This document shows positions 60,740 to 64,000 of a DNA stretch of 64,000 nt, one piece after another (the first letter of the stretch is position 1; each line of letters starts with the position of its first letter). This stretch comes from Antechinus flavipes. Taxonomy: Eukaryota. The translations under genes were made by a program, and so were the position numbers. Below the pieces are notes generated by a model. That model saw only the letters and a program-made list of their open reading frames with translations. It searched no databases and was not told where the DNA came from. The stretch spans positions 248,062,001 through 248,126,000 of the forward strand of contig NC_067403.1 in the NCBI RefSeq assembly GCF_016432865.1. The letters run 5' to 3'.

Positions 60740-61540
60740 CTGACAATGCTGTAATGTAGGGGCTATTATTATTCCCATTTTAAAGTTTAAGAAACTGAGA
60801 CAAACAGGTTATTTGACTTGCCCAGGGTATTTGCATTTGAATTCAGAACTTCCTGACTCCAATCCCAGTATCTATCCACTGTACCAGAGCTGCCTTTTCA
60901 AAGTTTGCAAAGTTGTTTAAATATATTGGATCATTTGATCCCCACAACATCCTTATGATTACATAACAAACAAGATGATTTGACCTTACACTGCATGAGA
61001 AGACACAGTATCTAGACATACAGAAAGTGGTCCTCTTTATTCTACATTTAGAACAACATGAATAGTTGTCGCTTCCATGCCTTAAGAAGCACATTGATAC
61101 CTTAGAGATATTCCAGATATTCCAGAGAAGATCAGTCAGAATGGAGAAGGGCATTGAAAACTTGCCCTTTTGTGATTGGTTGAAGGAACTGAGGGTGTTT
61201 GTTGTAGAGAAGATGAAAGATGGAAATCAGGGCAGAGACTAGAATTTAAATTGTCTTTAAATATCTGCAGGACTGAAATATGAAAAAAGGATTTGATTTG
61301 TTTTATTTGTACCAAAATGCAAAAACTAGGAGCAAAGTGTAGAAATTAAGAAGAAACAAATTTAGGTTTAACACAAGAAAAACATTCCAAAAATAATGTT
61401 CGGATGCAGAAGATACTGCTTTCACATCTACTGGGTTTCTCCCTCACTCAAAGCCCTTAGAAAAGAGCTAGGAGACAAATTGTTTTACACACACCACATA
61501 TATTCACACTCACACACACACACACATACACACACACCAT
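60740..61540. mobile_element. MIR plus CR1/L3 composite ending in (CA)n
   Basis: attattcccattttaaag...gaaactgagac...gacttgcccaggg; then aagcacattgataccttagag...ggagaagggc. Confidence 0.7.
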
Positions 61541-63924
61541 TTTAATGTATATGTGTATATATAGTATAGTGTGTGTGTACATGTGCAGACTTGGGCATGT
61601 GTGTGTGGCTAGGGAGAGAAATGCTGACTTGGTTTCTCATTTTGTGGGGAAAATTGGTTCTTGGTTTTTCTATCACTGTGACCGTGGACAAGCCATCATA
61701 CTTCGATCTCACTTCTCTCATATGTCAAAAAATAAAATTCATGGCATCAACCTCATAAGGCTGGTCTGAAGATAGAAAGAGATAATTCTATTAAGTACTT
61801 TGCCAACCTGAAAACTCCATATAACTGTTGGTTACTGTTACTATTTAATTTCTCACACTATACTACTACTACTACCAGTGCTATCAGAAATCCCCTGAAG
61901 TCTTTACTCCTGGGATACTACAAACCTCTATTTGCTCATTAATAAAGAAAAGATAGTAAACTAGATGACCTCTGAGATCCTTTCCATTTTTGAATTGATG
62001 ATGCTATGATACTTTGTTAATTTCAAAGATTTTCATTACTCTTTATAACACTACACTAAAAGATTCTTTTAGTGTAGTTAATTTTGAATTTATGACTGAA
62101 GACAAAATAAATAATTAAATTTTATCTCATAAAATATTAGAGAAATAGAGAAAAATCTAATTTTGCAACTAATACAACCAAGGTTTTCCTTTATAATAAT
62201 ATAATAATAATTCTTTATAATATAATATATTTATAATAAATATATAATAATTTATTAAATAGATTTAGATTTAAACTAATATTTATAGTAATGATGGTCT
62301 CATATAGGCTAGTCTTGAGCTATTTAAAAATTTAATACATTGAATGAACTATATGTAGACATAGTTTATGACAGTCCTTTTCAGGGATGTCCTCAAGACT
62401 TGGTCTTCTAGAAGTCCCTTATCTAGGAAAAACCCTTCTTGGTCACTAGGGCAGATAAAATGATTGACTTTATAGTGAGAACTACCTAGATGTTGGTGGG
62501 TAGCATTATGTGGAAAGAGCATTTGATTGGGACTCTGAAGGCTCAGGTTCTGATGTTACTTATATTTGCACTGATTTCTTCTTTGATTTCACAAAAGTTA
62601 ATGCTGGAGGGTCTCCTACTCTTTTAGAAAATGACATTATTTCTTGAATAATATTCAATAATATTTTTCAATCTCCTTCAATAAGGAGATCACACAGGGA
62701 TTGTAAGGAAAATGTTTGCTGAGAACCAAATGCTGTAGATACCAAACTTACCATCCTTTGCAGAGGTTATTGGGCTTGTATTTGATCGTGGATGAACAAG
62801 TACTAGGAAAAACAGACACAGATAAAGGAATTTCCAGTATGGTACATGTGATGTAGTGAAGAGAACTTTGATCTTTGCTTCAAGAAAATATGGATTTAAA
62901 TCCTCTTCAGACAGTTGTTACTGTATGTCTCTGGACACATCACTAAAGTTACTCAAGTTATTGTAAAAGGGCAATAAAAACGTTATTTATCTCATACAGT
63001 TTGGGGGAGATTAAAATAAAAAAAATTGATTAAAAAAACCTGCTAGTTTTAATTGCTTTGAGAGAAATGATTAGATTTTTCCTAAACTTTGTTATCTATT
63101 CCATCCTTCAAGAATTGCATATGGGGACCTGCACACAGTATCCCCTTTATCAACATTATTTAATCATGTGCTATTTATATATATCTATATATATAGATAT
63201 ATATATAATCATGTGCAAATTATAGTACTATAAGAACACCAGTCCCTCAAATGCCTCCTTTAATTAATTGAAGGATAATGACCTTGAAAAGCTTGCAAGT
63301 AGGAGATAATAACTCTTGTTTATAGATTACTATGATGTTTGAACACAATTTACATACGTAAACTCATTTGAGCCCCAACACAACCCTATGAGATAAGTAC
63401 TAGTGTAATTATGGACAGTTTCTGATAAGATCATGGAAAAAGTCAAACAACTTACCCATGGTGAAATAGTGAATTAGTGTCTATGGCAGAAAAGGTTTTT
63501 ATCTAAGGCTTACTGCTTCCAGGTTCTGTAATATTTCCTCTATATCATGTTGTACATGAACACTATGGTCTTTGATTGTACATCCTAGAACCTAGCTAGC
63601 TTGATTATAGAGAAAAGTGGCTAGAACTGCAAAGAGGGGAATTAACCAAGAATTTTACATTCCAAATTTGATATAAAGTCCAAAGCCTAGAAAGCATAAG
63701 ATCCTATTGGAGAAATTCTTTGCTAGTCACTGAGGAAAAGAGTTCAATTGTTCTTAATGATAGAGAAGTCAATTCTGGCTTCATAGAGGGTACCCTATTA
63801 TCCATTCAGCTCAGCTCCAGGAAACAAAAAAGGAATAAATGAATGAGTCAATGCCTTAGGGAATTTGACCCACAAACAGATTCCACATCATTGAGCCCTT
63901 TACTGAAATGTTTCAAGTAGCTAG

Positions 63925-64000
63925 AGTTAGGGAAGAACCTGGAACTTTATACAGATTTGGGAGTCCTGCAGCTCTGGGGAGATGGCTCCCTTGGAGATTT
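63925..64000 (-). promoter_or_regulatory. Candidate promoter module of OR-7 (cut by window end)
   Basis: actttatacagatttgggag matches the OR-4 module at about 41607; ccttggaga 63989-63997. Confidence 0.6.

Noticed and set aside
62200-62300. Very AT-rich tracts (also about 24350-24440)
   Set aside because: Low complexity with no structure beyond A/T slippage.

Overview
AT-rich, repeat-dense marsupial genomic DNA, most likely a dasyurid such as the Tasmanian devil (inferred from WSINE1-type SINEs, a young dasyurid-type L1 3' end and an OC1-type hAT MITE, all recognised from memory). The window is a tandem cluster of class II olfactory receptor genes of the OR5B subfamily, all on the minus strand. 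There are five intact single-exon CDSs (2722-3657, 25097-26041, 38336-39313, 49891-50874, 58025-58975), one full-length pseudogene (13169-14097) and one 5'-truncated pseudogene (about 47546-48055). I label them OR-1 to OR-7 by position; OR-2 and OR-5 are the pseudogenes. The cluster is built from multi-kb duplicated units: OR-1/OR-2/OR-6 share flanks, and OR-4/OR-5 share flanks plus an L1. It carries L1, L2, CR1/L3, MIR, marsupial SINEs, two solo LTRs, a hAT MITE, simple repeats and one 393-N gap. I see no new protein-coding system. The best lead is a deeply conserved non-coding module (TATA-like + O/E-like + homeodomain motifs) present once, 2.3-5.6 kb upstream and in the same orientation, for every intact receptor, and deleted from both pseudogenes. 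Repeat boundaries are approximate unless a target-site duplication (TSD) is quoted, and all alignments were made by eye.
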